Origin: Octopus sinensis
Taxonomy: Eukaryota
DNA length: 64,000 nucleotides
NCBI RefSeq assembly: GCF_006345805.1
Contig: NC_042998.1
Coordinates: 141,608,001-141,672,000 of the forward strand
Reading direction: 5' to 3'
Below, one piece after another: positions 12,087 through 26,079 of the stretch (position 1 is the stretch's first letter; each line of letters opens with the position of its first letter). The notes under the pieces are model-generated. The model saw nothing but the letters and a program-made list of their open reading frames with translations, did not search any database and was not told the origin of the DNA. A program made the translations under genes and the position numbers.

Positions 12087-13542
12087 ATGTTGACATTATT
12101 TAGTAACAATATAAACAAATTAGTGCCACACACATACACATGACTGATATAATGTTCCCAGTTGTTCTCAGCTAGATAGGACAGTAATTTTACTTTTATT
12201 TCAGGAGAAGAGGAAGTGATAGCCAAGAATTTGCAGATTTTTACATACAAATTTGTGAGATGCAAGTGGTGCTGATGTACAGTTTTCAACTTCTGTAGAG
12301 CTGCACTTGTAGCAAAAATATGGCCAGGAAGGTAATTTCAGAAAGTTACAGCCCTGAAGAGAAATGAATGATTAAGGAGAATGTTTAGTACAGGCACTGA
12401 GGATGAGGTGGGAAACCCAGAGGACGATGGATGTGCAGATGACTAATTCAGAGGAGTAGAAGCTGTTGTTATAGTAACCAGAAGAGACAGATTACAAATA
12501 TTGATTCATTTATGTTTATTAGCCCAGGGTTTTGTGTGACACATATGGTTTTACCAAGAGCTGAAGTTGTGTATATGATATGAAACATCTTTAACAAAAT
12601 TTTGAAACCAGCCACTGGATTTATCTTCTATGTTTGCCGAACTCTTCTATTGCTGCTATATTTATATATATGGTCATTTCTATTCTTTTTCCTTGAATCC
12701 CTGGACTCAAAGTCAGTTACCCAGTTTTCATGGCATGTAAGTGATCGAGATCACAGCATATTCCTTGAAAAGGATGCCAGTCGAAATAGCAGGATTCAAG
12801 GCCAGCAATTTTTGAAAGGAGGGGCAAACTGATTACATCAACCCCAGTAATTAACTGGTACTTTATTTTATCAAGCCTGAAGGGATGAAAAGCAAAACTG
12901 ACCTTGGATATACTGCCATTGTCAGGCCCTATTCTACAATGTTTACCAAATTGGTTTAATGAATAACTATAGAATATTTGTTTCCTTCAGTTGATATAGG
13001 AAATAAAGTAAATAATTGAATTTGGCAAAGGCTATTGAGGTACTTGCATCTAGGTCACAAGTTCATATTTGGCTACAAGCATTGATTTGTGCTCATAGAC
13101 AAAGACAGGATTTCTTGCCACAGTGAAACTAGCTGAAAATATTTACCATTTTCATTTCATGGTTGAATGAGTAGCGTTAGAAAGGACATCCAACCATGAA
13201 ATGCCAGCTTCAGCAATTCGTGTAAATATTCAAATTTGGAAAACCATCCGTTCAATGCTACCATGGAAAAATTGATGCTGAAGTGTATTGGTGTATCTAA
13301 GCATGTATGTCTGTGAGTGCGTGCGTGTGTGTATTAGAGAGAAAGAGAATATATATGTGTGTTTGTGTCTGTGTGTCTGAGTATCTCTGAGTATGTATTG
13401 CCCTGAATTATTCAATACTATTCATTATTCACCACTAATCAATTCCTCTCCAAAAATGGGAAGAATAAGTTGTATATTCTATATCACTTAAATATTCGTC
13501 TCTCATTTTTGCTATCATTACACAATGTTAATAATAATGATG

Positions 13543-13575
<33 letters not shown>

Positions 13576-15494
13576 TAATAATAATAATAATAATAACAAT
13601 AATATGTTCACAGGAATCTAGAAATCCTTTATAAAAAAATCAGAGACCAATTTGCCAATGAAATATTTGTGCTACATAAATATGGAATCACTAAAAAGAA
13701 TAAAAAAACAAAGTAGCAAAGTAACTGTCATTCTATATCACATGATTAATCAGAAATTATAGAACCCAGTCCATTTCCATGTTATTTGCTTCAGTAAAAC
13801 TTGCAGTTAGAATTGAAATCAAGTTAGAAGCTCTTCTTATTAAATCACCAGCATTCTAGGATGGTGATCCAATAGGCTCCAGCCTTATGAGTCCTAGGGC
13901 TTGTGGTGAACTTAGGTCTGTTAAAATCAATGGGAGAGTCCATTATATATGAATATATATTGTTACTTTTTTAATGTTTAGTGTTCTATGGTTACATGAA
14001 TGAAATTTGTTGAAGCAGATCTTCTATTGCTGGATGGCCATTCTGTCACCAACCCTCACCAGTTACCAGGTAAGGTAATAATTTAGTCCAGTGGTTTTCA
14101 ACTGGGGTCCATATAAAATTTGTTGTTAAAATTTATGTACAATAATCTGATTATATTTCTACAATGCACAAAATAAACCTCTTTTTTATACAATTCCTAG
14201 TAAGATCATCATCATCATCATTTAATGTCTGTCCTCCATGCTGGCATGGGTTGGACAGTTTGACAGGAGCTGACCAGCTACAGCTAGGTGCCCTTCCTGA
14301 CACCACCCACTTTAAAATAGGAATCAAAGCAGTCCAAAGGCAAAAATGGTTAGGAACCACTGATCTAGTCTATCAATCAATGAACAACCCACACATAGTA
14401 ACACAGTAAACAGGAAATAAATGACATTGCTTGTATTGATAACAAGGTCACTGTTTGTTTACAGTTAGTAAGGGCAATGATGAACACACACACACGAGCA
14501 TGACAGGCTTCTTCAGCTTCTGTCTACCAATTTCACTCATAACTTTCTACTCTTCCACAACCCTTTCTCCATCTTGGTCCCACCATCAGTGCCTGTACTA
14601 GACTCTCTACCCACTCATTCATTGTGACTCAGTACATTTCATGACCTGTGGTTGTATTATGGAACATTAACCAACAATGTTCATAGAGTGGAACTAAACT
14701 CCTAACCAGGTGATTCTAAAGTAAACTTTTAAACCACAGTGATACCTGTGCCTACACACACACACACACACATAGGACTAACCAAATTGATTCCAATATG
14801 TTAAGTCACCTTCCAAGCTCTGACTTGACTGAAAATGTTTTATTAAAACAAATGGAGTTTATCATAGTATTACAGTCAATGTTTGCATAAGCATTCTTTG
14901 TATATGATAAATTCACCATGATGTGTTCTAAATGCTGATTGACTGCTTCAGTGCACATTTAATACATACATGTATATTTTTAAATGTATATAATCATTGT
15001 TTTAACAGCAACTTTTTAATGCTTGCTGGGGTTAAATGAGAGTGTGTTATGAGAGAGTTTCTATGGCTGGATACTTTTCCTGTCATCACTCTCCTCATTT
15101 CTTGCAGTATTTCAAACATCAAACTGTTTAGGCATGTTATGTGTAGAGAACTGGAAACAAATAACACTGCCTGAATGAGCCCTTTGTTTACAAAGACTGA
15201 GCAACATATCAAGACATATCAGGAAGCCCAGACATGCTTTCATGGTTGACTGCAAGCAGATGATACTGACAGGAAGCCATTGTCAATAAATAAGTGAATG
15301 CAAGGAAAGACAAATGTGCACACACACGCACATCTATCAAATCCATTCTGTCTATCAAATCCATTCACAAAGCTTTGGCTGACCTGGTGCTAGAATAGAA
15401 GACACTTGCCCAATGTTCCACACAGTGGGACTGAACCTCAAACCGCATGGTTGGGAAGTAAACTTCTTAATCACACAGCTATGCTTGTGCTTAT

Positions 15495-15980
15495 ATATAT
15501 GAGGAAATGTGGTATTGTGTATTGAGAATTTGTCCCCCAGTGCCAGATCATCAATTGAGAGTTCTACTGCAACATTTTGAAGAATTTGAAGAAGGACACC
15601 AAGCAAAAGTGACTCGATCTGTGGAGTGCAAAGGATTGGACTCTTCATTGAGCTCTCCTCACTTGTGAGTTTTTCCCCAAAAACATGGTATTGCATCTGC
15701 ACCCACCCTATTCGTCAGATTTAGCACCCCAAAATGGAAATGCAGCTAAAAGATCACTGTTTTAACACCATCGTTGAGATACAGAGTGAATTACAGAAGG
15801 TCCTTGACTTGCTTATGGAAAATGACTTTCAGGCTGGATTCCAAAAGTCACAGGAAAACTGGGACTAGTCTATTGCTGTGCAAGGTGACTATTTTGAAGG
15901 GGATGATGTTAAAATTTAGGTAAATAAGTTAATTTTTATTAAACCTTACTAGTCTGGGAACCTTTTGATACCACCTTCTA
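15495..15980 (+). mobile_element. Mariner 3' fragment (second lineage), decayed
   Basis: The broken translation includes HPPYSSDLAP (15700-15729), IVEIQSELQKVLD and QGDYFEGDDVKI*. It is followed by a TIR-like GGGAACCTTTTGATACCACCTTC and TA. The segment carrying the third catalytic D is deleted. Confidence 0.85.
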
Positions 15981-16304
15981 TGTGTATGTATATATAACTG
16001 TGGACCTTCCTGTCATAGACGATGATCAGGGCTCTGTAACTTCTTGCTGAACAATCTTCACAGATCATTTGTTTTTAAAGGGATAAAATGTTTATACTAT
16101 ACATTAAGCTCATTCCTTCCATCAAATCCATATTGTTTGTACAGGTGCATGGTATGCCACACATCAGATGTTGAAGTGATAGCAGAGCAATGTGAAATGA
16201 AGTGTTTTGCTGAAGAACACAATCCACTGCCCAGTCCAGGAATTGAAACAATGATTCTATGATAGTGAGTGCAATACCCTAACCACTAGGCCGTGCACCT
16301 CCAT

Positions 16305-16673
16305 ACTTGTCTATGGTTCCAGGTTCAGTCCTTCTGCATGGCACTTTGGGCAAGTGTCTTCTACAATAACCTCGAGGCCAACCAAAGTCTTGTGAGTGGA
16401 TTTGGTAGATGGAAGCTGAAAGAAGCCTGTTGTCTATATATATATATATATATATGTATATTTCTGTGTCTGTGCTTACTCCCCATCACCATTTGACAAC
16501 TGGTGTTGGTGTGTTTATGTCCCGGTAACTTAGCAGTTCAGCAAAAGAAAACGATAAATTAAGTACTCAACTTCAGAAATAAGTCCAGAGGTTGATTTGT
16601 TTGACCAAAACCCTTCAAGGTGGTGCTCCAGCATGGCTGCAGTCAAATGACTGAAACAAGTCAAAGAATAAAA

Positions 16674-16678
<5 letters not shown>
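16305..16678 (+). mobile_element. SINE family A, 5'-truncated
   Basis: B box GGTTCAGTCC, body and GAATAAAAGAATA tail, followed by (TA)n. Confidence 0.8.
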
Positions 16679-16717
<39 letters not shown>

Positions 16718-16960
16718 TGACCAGGTGTTTGCAACTGATTATGAACAAAACTAGCTTGAAAATGAGTCAGTCTCGCAATCCTGATTTCTGCTGGAGGATG
16801 GCAGGGCTTCACTCCCCTGATTGCAATATATACAGGGTGCAGGCTACACCTACAACCAGCTGGTGGAAGATCTGCCTGAGGTTAAAACAGTAGTAACATT
16901 GAACAACCATATTGATGTGGTAATTAACTTTACATGTTAGTATAGTTACTACTCTCATAT

Positions 16961-17014
<54 letters not shown>

Positions 17015-17019
17015 TTGTG

Positions 17020-17851
17020 CTGCCTCCAAAAAGTAAGGTGGAGAGGAGGTTCCACTAGGTTCCTCACAAGCAAAGAACACAGGTACAAGATTTTTCAGGG
17101 CAGGGAACACTGATGGGATGGGGGGGTGCAGGAATACTTCTTGTGGAAAATGGGTTGATAAGGTAATCGAGGTAGTCAGAGTATGCGACAGAATACTTAA
17201 GATTAGATTAGTGCGTCATCATGGGTTAGCAACCACTGTCTTGGCCTATGCCCCTCAACCGGGGCTACCTGATGGACAGAAAGACAGATTTTATGACGCC
17301 CTCTTGCAGTCTACCTCGTTGACGAATGACAGGGACCTTCTCTTTGTGACTGGTGACTTCAATGGACATGTTGGACAACATACAGGAGGCTTCCATGGCA
17401 TACATGGAAGCTACGGTTTACCAACATGGCGGAGAAGGGCCTGGAAGCTTAAAGATCCTGCAAATGGACAGAGATTTAGAGACATATTACTTGAAGCCTT
17501 TAACGAAATAGAAGGGGATATAGCTTCACACAATGGGGAAGACAACTGGAGGTTTCTATGGGACAACCTGCTGAGGCCACTGACCAGATCTGCAGATGGT
17601 GCAAAGTTCCCTCTCGACCCAAAATAACATGGTGGTGGAACAATGTTGTTGACAGGGCTATTAGAGAAAAGAAATAGGTTTGGAAGGACTGGAAGAATGG
17701 TGGTAGCAGGGAATTGTATCAGACTGCCAGAAGGGAAGATAGGATAAGGAGGCGAGCTAGCAGAAACGTTAGCACTGGTTTGCCAGTCCTCAGTCAAATC
17801 ATCCAACCCATTCCAGCATGGAAACCGGACGTTAAATAACGATGATGATGA

Positions 17852-17855
<4 letters not shown>
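17020..17855 (+). mobile_element. RTE-clade LINE remnant: APE endonuclease fragment joined to the RTE 3' terminus
   Basis: ORF 17118-17627 has KWVDKVIEVVRVCDRIL, AYAPQ and GDFNGHVG (APE motifs typical of RTE), then jumps to WKLKD and, in another frame, TWWWNN. The region ends with CCAACCCATTCCAGCATGG...GTTAAA(GAT)n, the same terminus as the 41020-41995 element. Confidence 0.9.
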
Positions 17856-17895
<40 letters not shown>

Positions 17896-18825
17896 TTAAT
17901 GACCATTCTACTTGTTTCTTTAGAGCTTCTGTTACTTCTGGTTTCTACAAAACTAACATCATGCATAAGTCTTGCAAATCTTTGTCATGAAGTCTTGGAA
18001 TCTTTTTATCAAGGAAAATTAAATGTTTGCATGTCTGAATGGATTTTCACAGTCTAGTCTTTCTATAATGATTCACTGATATCAAGTCACCTCCTTGCAC
18101 ATGTTTATCATCTTTATATGGAAGTTACCAATTAACAAGAATTTTTTTGCTTTTGTTTTGAAAATCTTTTTGTTTCTTCACAGTGGTTAATTAAACGGAT
18201 CATGAAAGGATTAAGAAGGCCCATAATACTACTAAGATGCACACCTCTCTCCTGTGACAATACAACAACAACAACAATAATACAATGGAACAATCTCCTG
18301 TTTTGTGTTCGAATCTGTATAAACTCCTGAATTCAAATGTGGGAGTCCTTTCATATATATATATACATACATACATACATACATACATGTACATACACAC
18401 CTTTTATGCATACATGAATAATGTGTCAATTCAGCTATATAGCTAGTCAGTAATTTTAATTCTTTTAATTAATGTTCTCTCTGTGTGTGTGTGTCTGGGA
18501 GAGAGCGGGAGAGAGAGAGAGAGAGAAAACGTAAGCACATATCTATCTTTCTCACCATCATCATTATCATTATTGTTTCAATATCCATTTTCCATGTTGC
18601 AGGGACTGGACGAAATTTAGAGAGACAGATCTTCTTTAGCTTTTCCAGTCACCTCTCCCACCTGTTCTTCATTGTCAGACACATTTCCTCAGAATATTGG
18701 AAATAAATGACACTGCTTGCATGACAGCGACACAAATTAGGAAAAGTCAATTTCTTTGACTGATATTACTGTTATTACTTTTGTCTCCTGGTGAGCTCGA
18801 AATGCTTGGGTCCTTTTAAAAAGGC

Positions 18826-19045
18826 CACAAGCTAGCAGAGTTGTTAGCAAGCCAGGCAAAATGCTTAGCAGCATTTCATCTGTCTTCACATTCTGAGTTC
18901 AAGATTCCACCAAAGTCAACTTTGTCTTTCATCCTTTCAGGGTTGAGAAAATAAGTACCAGTTGAGTACTGGGGTAGGGGTGGGGGGTTAGTGCAATCTA
19001 CTTACCCACTATTCTGAAATTGCTGGCCTTGTGCCAAAAATTTGT
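18826..19045 (+). mobile_element. SINE family B
   Basis: Head GCTAGCAGAGTTGTTAGC, B box GAGTTCAAGATTCC and core CTTTCATCCTTTCAGGG. Confidence 0.8.
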
Positions 19046-22000
19046 AATTGATATTACTGTTATTACTATGGTAGAATATTACTCATCATATAATGGGTAA
19101 CTTTGGAAGTATACCTCTGCCACCGTGAGTAATATGAGTAAATATGGCTTACATCTAATAATTGTAATTTCACTTTTATAAAAATGTTTTTGGTGTGTAT
19201 ACAAAATGATGGAATAAATTCTTCAAAAGAAAAATAATTTATTAACTTAAAATAAAATTAAATAAAATCAAGCAATAATGTACATATTCATTAATACATT
19301 CTGGTAGATTTGAATATGCTTATTTCTGTTGTATTTTGCAAAAGGAGAATGACTCCTTATTTCTCATTTGTACAACTCCTGTAATTACTCTGTCATTTAT
19401 TCTTTCTTTTCCTCCTCCTCCTATATATTTCTTTCCTTTTCACTATGTGTGTGTGTTTCTTTTACTTCTATGCCAATAGAGTATGTGCACTCATTCTGCA
19501 CCCCCTGTGTTAATTCTCTATGTATCTCTCTTTTACTCTCTCGGTCTCTCCCCTTCTCTCTATACCATGTAAAGTGTGACAGAAGAAAGCAAGCAAGCAA
19601 TATTTATATTGGCTATTATTATATAGAGATATTAACTATTTTATACATTGAATACTTTTACGCATGTCTGTAGAAACACACACACACACAATGAAACTAA
19701 ATTGTATTTCATTGAGGAAAAAGTAAACCTTATTATAAGATACAATCTCATTAAATCATATTATTATGAGAAATAATTATATTTCTATTCAGAAATTTAA
19801 CTTTCAAATTGCCAGAAACTGATTTGCCTACAACTTCTATTTTTATCTCTGCAGAATCATTAAATTGCCAAAATTCATAAAACATTACATATTTTTACAT
19901 ACTTTTTCTTTCTTTATTTCTCTCTACTATCCTGTTTCTTTCTTTCTTTCTAATTTTTCCCCCTCTCACCAATAAAGATCCTTAGGAACTGTTTGTATTT
20001 CAAGAAATAGTTATTGTAACAACAGACTGAGATTCTACACTTTAAAACAATGTGTAATTAAAAGTGATTAACCATAACTCACAAAATAAGGTTAATAGTC
20101 TGATTCATTATTACATGCATAATATCCAATTAATTATTTCTTGCATAATTCACAACAACGACAGCAACATCAGTTATAATAATAAAGCATGAATACAGCT
20201 GAATACATTCATTACCATATGTGTGTGTGTGGTGGGGGAGTGTTAATTAATACCATATTGGTAATGTCAATGGAATTTAAACTGATGTCCATCTTGACCA
20301 AGCCAGGCATCTAAAGTTTGTATAAATCATAAGTTTTGCTTCAAGCTTCAATCAACTGATGTTACAAGTTTTACTGATTAGATTTACTCTAGGCCTCCTT
20401 CATTAAATTGTTGCATTGCTGTTCACAAAGATCATAATTTGGAACTTTGTTTTTAGCTATTTAATTTATAATTCTAAGTAAGGTGCACAACAGCATTCTA
20501 GTAGACTTTGTGTCTCCCTGCTACCTCCCCCAACCCGTCCCACAGCCCTTTACACCCCCTCTATTCACTATATCTGCCATTCAATCTTACCAAATCTTTA
20601 CAGCTGCTGTCCACCTCCTTTTTCTTTATCCAACTCCTCATCTCTCACTCCCCCATACTCTTAAAACCTCCACCCACCCACATACCTGGTTCCTCTGTCC
20701 TCCACTCAATTCTACCTTCAGGGTGCACCCAGACACCTCATTACCACTGTTTTCATCTCTTTTCAGTTCCATCCTGGTCACTCCTACCTTCTCTTTTAAA
20801 GTGTAAGTACCTATGTAGCTCATATACATCAAAAAAAATTTGTTCTGCTGTGGCTTCCACTCTCATACTTTAACCCATGATCTCCAAGTATATAGCCATC
20901 TCTCTTGTAGTCTGTAGTCTTGTAAGCTAGATAATGACCTCTCAAGGGCTGGGTGGCATGACAAGAGCAACCAGTACATGCTGTAAAGCAGTTAGTGTTA
21001 GGAAGGGTGTCCAATCATAGAAACTATGCCAAAACAAATTTGTTGGATCCTGCCAAACTATTCAACCAAACCCAGCATGACATATGGATGTTAAATGGTG
21101 ATGAATATTTGTGGCACCAGTGTTGTTTCATGTCTGGTAGGAAGTGGTAAAAATTCATGTTCCCACAAGCCTAATATAATCTTCAAATTTGCAGTGACAT
21201 ATGCCAATTTATAGAAAATGAAACTAAAAGAGTAAATATAGAAGCATGCACTAATGCACACACGTATGTACAAGTTTTCTCTGTATGGCTCAGCTAATTG
21301 TCAACCATTAGCTACATTCATGAATCTCTACTAACAGGTGATTTTCTTTTAATTAAATAAATAGATGAGATAGTGATTGGTCTCTGGAGATATTGTGATG
21401 TGAACAGCAGGGTTTAAACAGTAGGGTTTAAACACTGAACTAAAATCAACATCCATCCATCCAAAAAATTCATCACCCACCCATCAAAAAACCCCAACCA
21501 AACCAACTTTTAGCTACTCATTCCATACTAGTTTACTTATGAAACAGTATCATTAAGCCAAAAGGGTTAGATAAGTTCTATTTCATCACACTGAACTAAA
21601 AATAGTAAAACTAATTTCTATCTAATATAAGACCAATTACTATAGTAAACTAAGACTAGTTCCAATCTAATTACAGTAAACTTAGACTAGCGTCTGTTTA
21701 AAGAACAGGCCAATGCTTTCTTTGCTGAAGAGGTTGATGTATAATAAATCAGATTAAATGAAGCACCCCCTTCCATCATTCACACAATCACATTTTCTGG
21801 TGATGTTGAGACACTGAAGGATGTAAAAAGTAGTGAGTGGTGTTAATTATTCTCCAAGAAGCAATCTAATCTCCCATGAATACACTATAATTGATTAACA
21901 GCCAGGAGTCAAGTTAGTTTGATTAGAGGAGCAAGTAAAGATGTGGAACAATAGAGATTAGAGTGAAAGGGGGTGGCGGTGGTGATCGTTAGATATTTGA

Positions 22001-23414
22001 AGATGTGGAAAGGATGAGTGGGGAGGGCTGCAGGAGATAGAGAGATAGACAGATAGGTAGAGAAATAAATAGACAGACAGATAGATAGATAAATAGACAC
22101 AAAGGTAGATAGATAGACAGACAGACAAATAGATAAAGACATAGACAGACAGTAAGGAATTAGGCCACAGCTCACCTGCCTTTCAAAAAAAAAACGAGTC
22201 TGCAATTAATTAGATTTCTAGTTGTAGAATTTTCATATCTCTTGCTCTGTTGACATTCTTGTGAAAAATAAGTATGTTACAAAATCTCTTTCTACTCCTC
22301 CTCCTCAAGTCAAGAAGGATATTCATATGTTAATGAACAATATCATTTGGGTCTACCAACTCCTCAAAGGAATTTGGTAGTCAGAAACCATTGTGCAGCA
22401 GTCTGTCTTGTGTGTGTGTGTGTGTGTGTGTACTGGTTTTAATTTATTAAGACAAGTGAAGTGAGGCTATAGATGTGTTTAAAACTGTATGTATGTGTAT
22501 ACATATAAGTTCTGGAGTACAATAGCCAAGTCAATTCTATATAACAGCAATAAGATAATAACCTAGTAGGTACTAGTTTTAACTTTAGCCACAATGCATT
22601 GTAAGCACTAAAGTGATTGGTACCAGAAATATATTACAGATTGAAGAACATCCATATACATGGTTTTCACATACACACACACACACACACAGCATCCAGG
22701 AGGAAAAGGCTGTCTACCTGGAAATTTTTCTTTCTATTCTAGGGTTACAACACAATCACAACAGAAAATCAAATCACTACCACTGCTACAGCTGCAGCCA
22801 CTACCGCCGCCACCACCACCACCACCATCAGCAATACAAACAAAGTGCAGAAAAGAAGCAAATAATGGAAGCTTCCAGCAAAACAATTCTCTGTAGGTAC
22901 TTCAGGAGAGAGCAAGTCCTTGCACATACCATGCAGATCTATATTCAGGGTAGCTACATAGAAAACTAACAATGAAAACAAACTGAGAACATTTGTCAGT
23001 AACCATAGTTTTGCAAGCAGTGAAAAACAAAACAATAAACCCATTAAGGATGGAATCAGATGAAAGAGAAAGAGAGAGGGAGAGAGAGAAGGAAGACAGA
23101 GAGAGAGAAAGAATCCTAATTAATTCATTCTATATTTTCCATGTATCAACAGTTGCCATATACTGATTGACATCATACACCAGCAACACCTACATATAAG
23201 CAGAATTGCTCATTTACTTGTTTCAATCATTGATCTATGGCAATGCTGGAGCACAGCTTTGGGTTGAGTTAGTCAAATGAATTGATCTTAGTCCTTATTT
23301 TACTACAAAGAGATTGACTTCTACTGAGCTGCTAAGTGATGGGGATATAAATAAACCAACACCATTTGTCAAGCAGTAAGAGACAAACAAACCTATGTGT
23401 GTATCTTTGTGTGT

Positions 23415-23615
23415 GCATGTGTGTATCATCATCATCATCATCATCATCGTTTAGCGTCTGTTTTCCATGCTAGCATGGGTTGGACGGTTCAACTGGGGTC
23501 TGTGAAGCCAGAAGGCTTCATCAGGCCCAGTCAGATCTGGCAGTGTTTTTACGGCTGGATGCCCTTCCTAACGCCAACCACTCCGTGAGTGTAGTGGGTG
23601 CTTTTTACGTGCCAC
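23415..23615 (-). mobile_element. RTE 3'-UTR fragment with (GAT)n tail
   Basis: (CAT)n followed by CGTTTAGCGTCTGTTTTCCATGCTAGCATGGGTTGGACG matches 41020-41200. Similar short pieces occur at ~14205-14330, 29950-30180, 35900-36125 and 39500-39790. Confidence 0.75.
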
Positions 23616-23975
23616 CCTATATATAACAGATATACAAGTTTGATGGAATAAACAGGAGAAATAGAACTCAATACACATGTATGTGTATACACACACACAC
23701 ACATCAAAAACAATTTTATTTAAGTGTTAATTCTGGAGTTTATCCTGTTAAGCATAATTCTGAAGAGTTGAATTTTGATATGTGCTAATGATACCTCATG
23801 ATGTATACTTGCTTATGTAAATGCATAATATAACAATGTTCATGAGATAAAATTTAGATGGAACAATTGTAAATGAACGTAATAAAAGGAGTTGCTCATG
23901 CCATTCTTCTTGTTTATAAATATATAGATACATATACTAGTATACCTGCGTTATCAAAAATGCCAACAATTTTAA

Positions 23976-25052
23976 CCCTTTCGTTACCAAACCGCCCAAA
24001 GCCGTCCGAAAAAAATTTTGGTTTATGAAACCAAACCGCCCAAATTTACCTATTCATATTTAAATGAGAATATCAGAGCAAATCTCTTCAGTACATTCGT
24101 GAAAACACGTATTATACTTCGTAAACAGTTCAACTACAGTTTTGTACAATAATCGAAGTGTAATTTTAATTCTGTGAATTTTGGGAGATTTTTTTCCGAA
24201 ATTTGTTCCTATTGTGTTTTCAAAATTTGTAATTCTGACAAAAAATGGATACGAACTTCATTATATCAAGCAGCGAGTCAAAATTCGAAGGATTTTCTAC
24301 TGAAGACCTTCATAAATCTAACTCTATGACTGAAAAAAAAAAGCACATGGTATTTGATAATGAATCTGATGTTTCATTTTCCGAAAGTGAAAACAGTGAA
24401 TCTGAGATCTCCGATAGCGATAAAGAAAACGAATTGGCACCTGAATGGAGTGAAAATTTAAAAACTGTTTCTTTCGGTGATTTTTCTGAAGAAACTGGAC
24501 CAAGCCACAGACTTTCCCAGAAGGGTAAAGCCTTAGACAATTTCTATTTACTTTTTCGACTGAGCCTATTTGAAATCATTACGGCGGAAACGAACCGTTA
24601 CGCTAAACGTAAACAAAGTGAAAGAAAGGATAGTTTGTTATTTCCCACAACCTTAAATGAAATTAAGGCCTATTTTGCCATAAATATTATTATGGGTATC
24701 AGAAAGTTACCCAGAATAACAAATTCTATCGTAAAATTTTGTTGTATACCCAATTGAATATTAGCTAATAACCCATTTTCTATAGCGATGTTTGAACAAA
24801 ATTTTAATAATTTTATATTTTGTGGAATTTACCTGTATCTACCTGCAAATAGAGTCACTTTGTGACAAAAATTATAGTATAGAATTGGTTGAGAATATTT
24901 CATTAAACTATCTTCCAAAAATCAGATTAATATATCGATAAATAAAAAAGTTATAGTTGTTTAATGAAACCAGACTAAATTTATGATTACGTTAGAAATT
25001 AATTGAAACACATAAGGGGTGTAATTTGGTTAGAAATATAGTAACGAAAGGG
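23976..25052 (+). mobile_element. piggyBac, internally deleted (1077 bp)
   Basis: Perfect 12-bp TIRs CCCTTTCGTTAC / GTAACGAAAGGG, TTAA TSD at 23972-23975 and 25053-25056, and a subterminal direct repeat ACCAAACCGCCCAAA x2. Confidence 0.95.
24245..24757 (+). pseudogene. N-terminal ~160 aa of a piggyBac transposase (truncated by internal deletion)
   Basis: An acidic Ser/Glu/Asp N-terminus is followed by FEIITAETNRYA and TTLNEIKAYFAINIIMGIRKLP, typical of the start of the DDE_Tnp_1_7 domain. The catalytic DDD core is absent. Confidence 0.85.
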
Positions 25053-26079
25053 TTAATGATAGAAAATGGTGTATCAAAACAATGGAAGAAACCATTAATA
25101 AATGTCAGCAATTGAGTAAAGATATGTACATACACAGAAGTTGTTGTAGCAGGTTTTCTATGACTGGATGCCCTTCTTATTGCCAACTCTCACCTACTTC
25201 CAAGCAAAGTAATATTTCCCCTTGGCCAGAGATGCTTTTCACAGAAGAGTGGAAATGAACATCACTTGTACAACAGTGATGCTTGTTTATGACCATCACA
25301 TATTGTCAAGACAATAGAACACACAAACACACACACACATGTATATATACATATCTAATGGGCTTCTTTCAGTTTCCATCTACCAAATCTACCTACAAGC
25401 CTTTGATTGACTTAGGGCTTTAGTAGAAGGCACTTGCCCAAGATGTTGTACAGTGAGACTGAACTAAAAAACCACAAGGGTGGGAAGGAAGCTTCTTAAC
25501 CACAACATCAACACCTGCACCAATACAAACTAAATGAAAAAAAGAAAAATAATATTCTTTTTTCTTGATTAAAACTTCTACACAAAATATGTTTCACTAA
25601 CCATACCCCAAATTAAATAAACTTAGCAGCAAAGACTTCCTCTAGCAACTATTAATAGTGAGACGAGGGCTAATGATATTCTACATCACTAATGTCAAGA
25701 TAATATCTGATGATTTCTCAGCAGATAACCAATATTCTGGTTATTTGAATAAGTGCGACTCTCAGAGATCCTCAGACAACATCAACTAAGAAAAGAGATA
25801 ATTAAAACAGATAGAGGAATATGTCATCTGATGTATTCATCATGTTCCTGCATTTTGTTATAGAAGACATAAGATCTATTTTTGTAAACATGAATACCAA
25901 AAGGCATAGACAAGCTACTTTGAGAAGCTGTGTCTGTAACCCAGTAGACAAATAAAAGTTTCCTGGGTTAATTCTGTTTGAGTATAGCAGAGATGACTAT
26001 TTGATGAATTTGTAGAATTGGTGTGCCAGTCAAGGTTAAACGTCTATACTGTAGGCATGTTGCCCTAAGATTTTGTTAA

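Noticed and set aside
12202-12330. Exon-like segment with TTTCAG acceptor and AG|GTAATT donor
   Set aside because: All three frames contain stops before the donor.
17118-17627. A CFDP2-like (craniofacial development protein 2) gene
   Set aside because: That label commonly reflects RTE endonuclease similarity. This copy is deleted and ends in an RTE tail.
24245-24757. A domesticated PGBD gene
   Set aside because: It sits inside intact TIRs and TSD and lacks the catalytic core.
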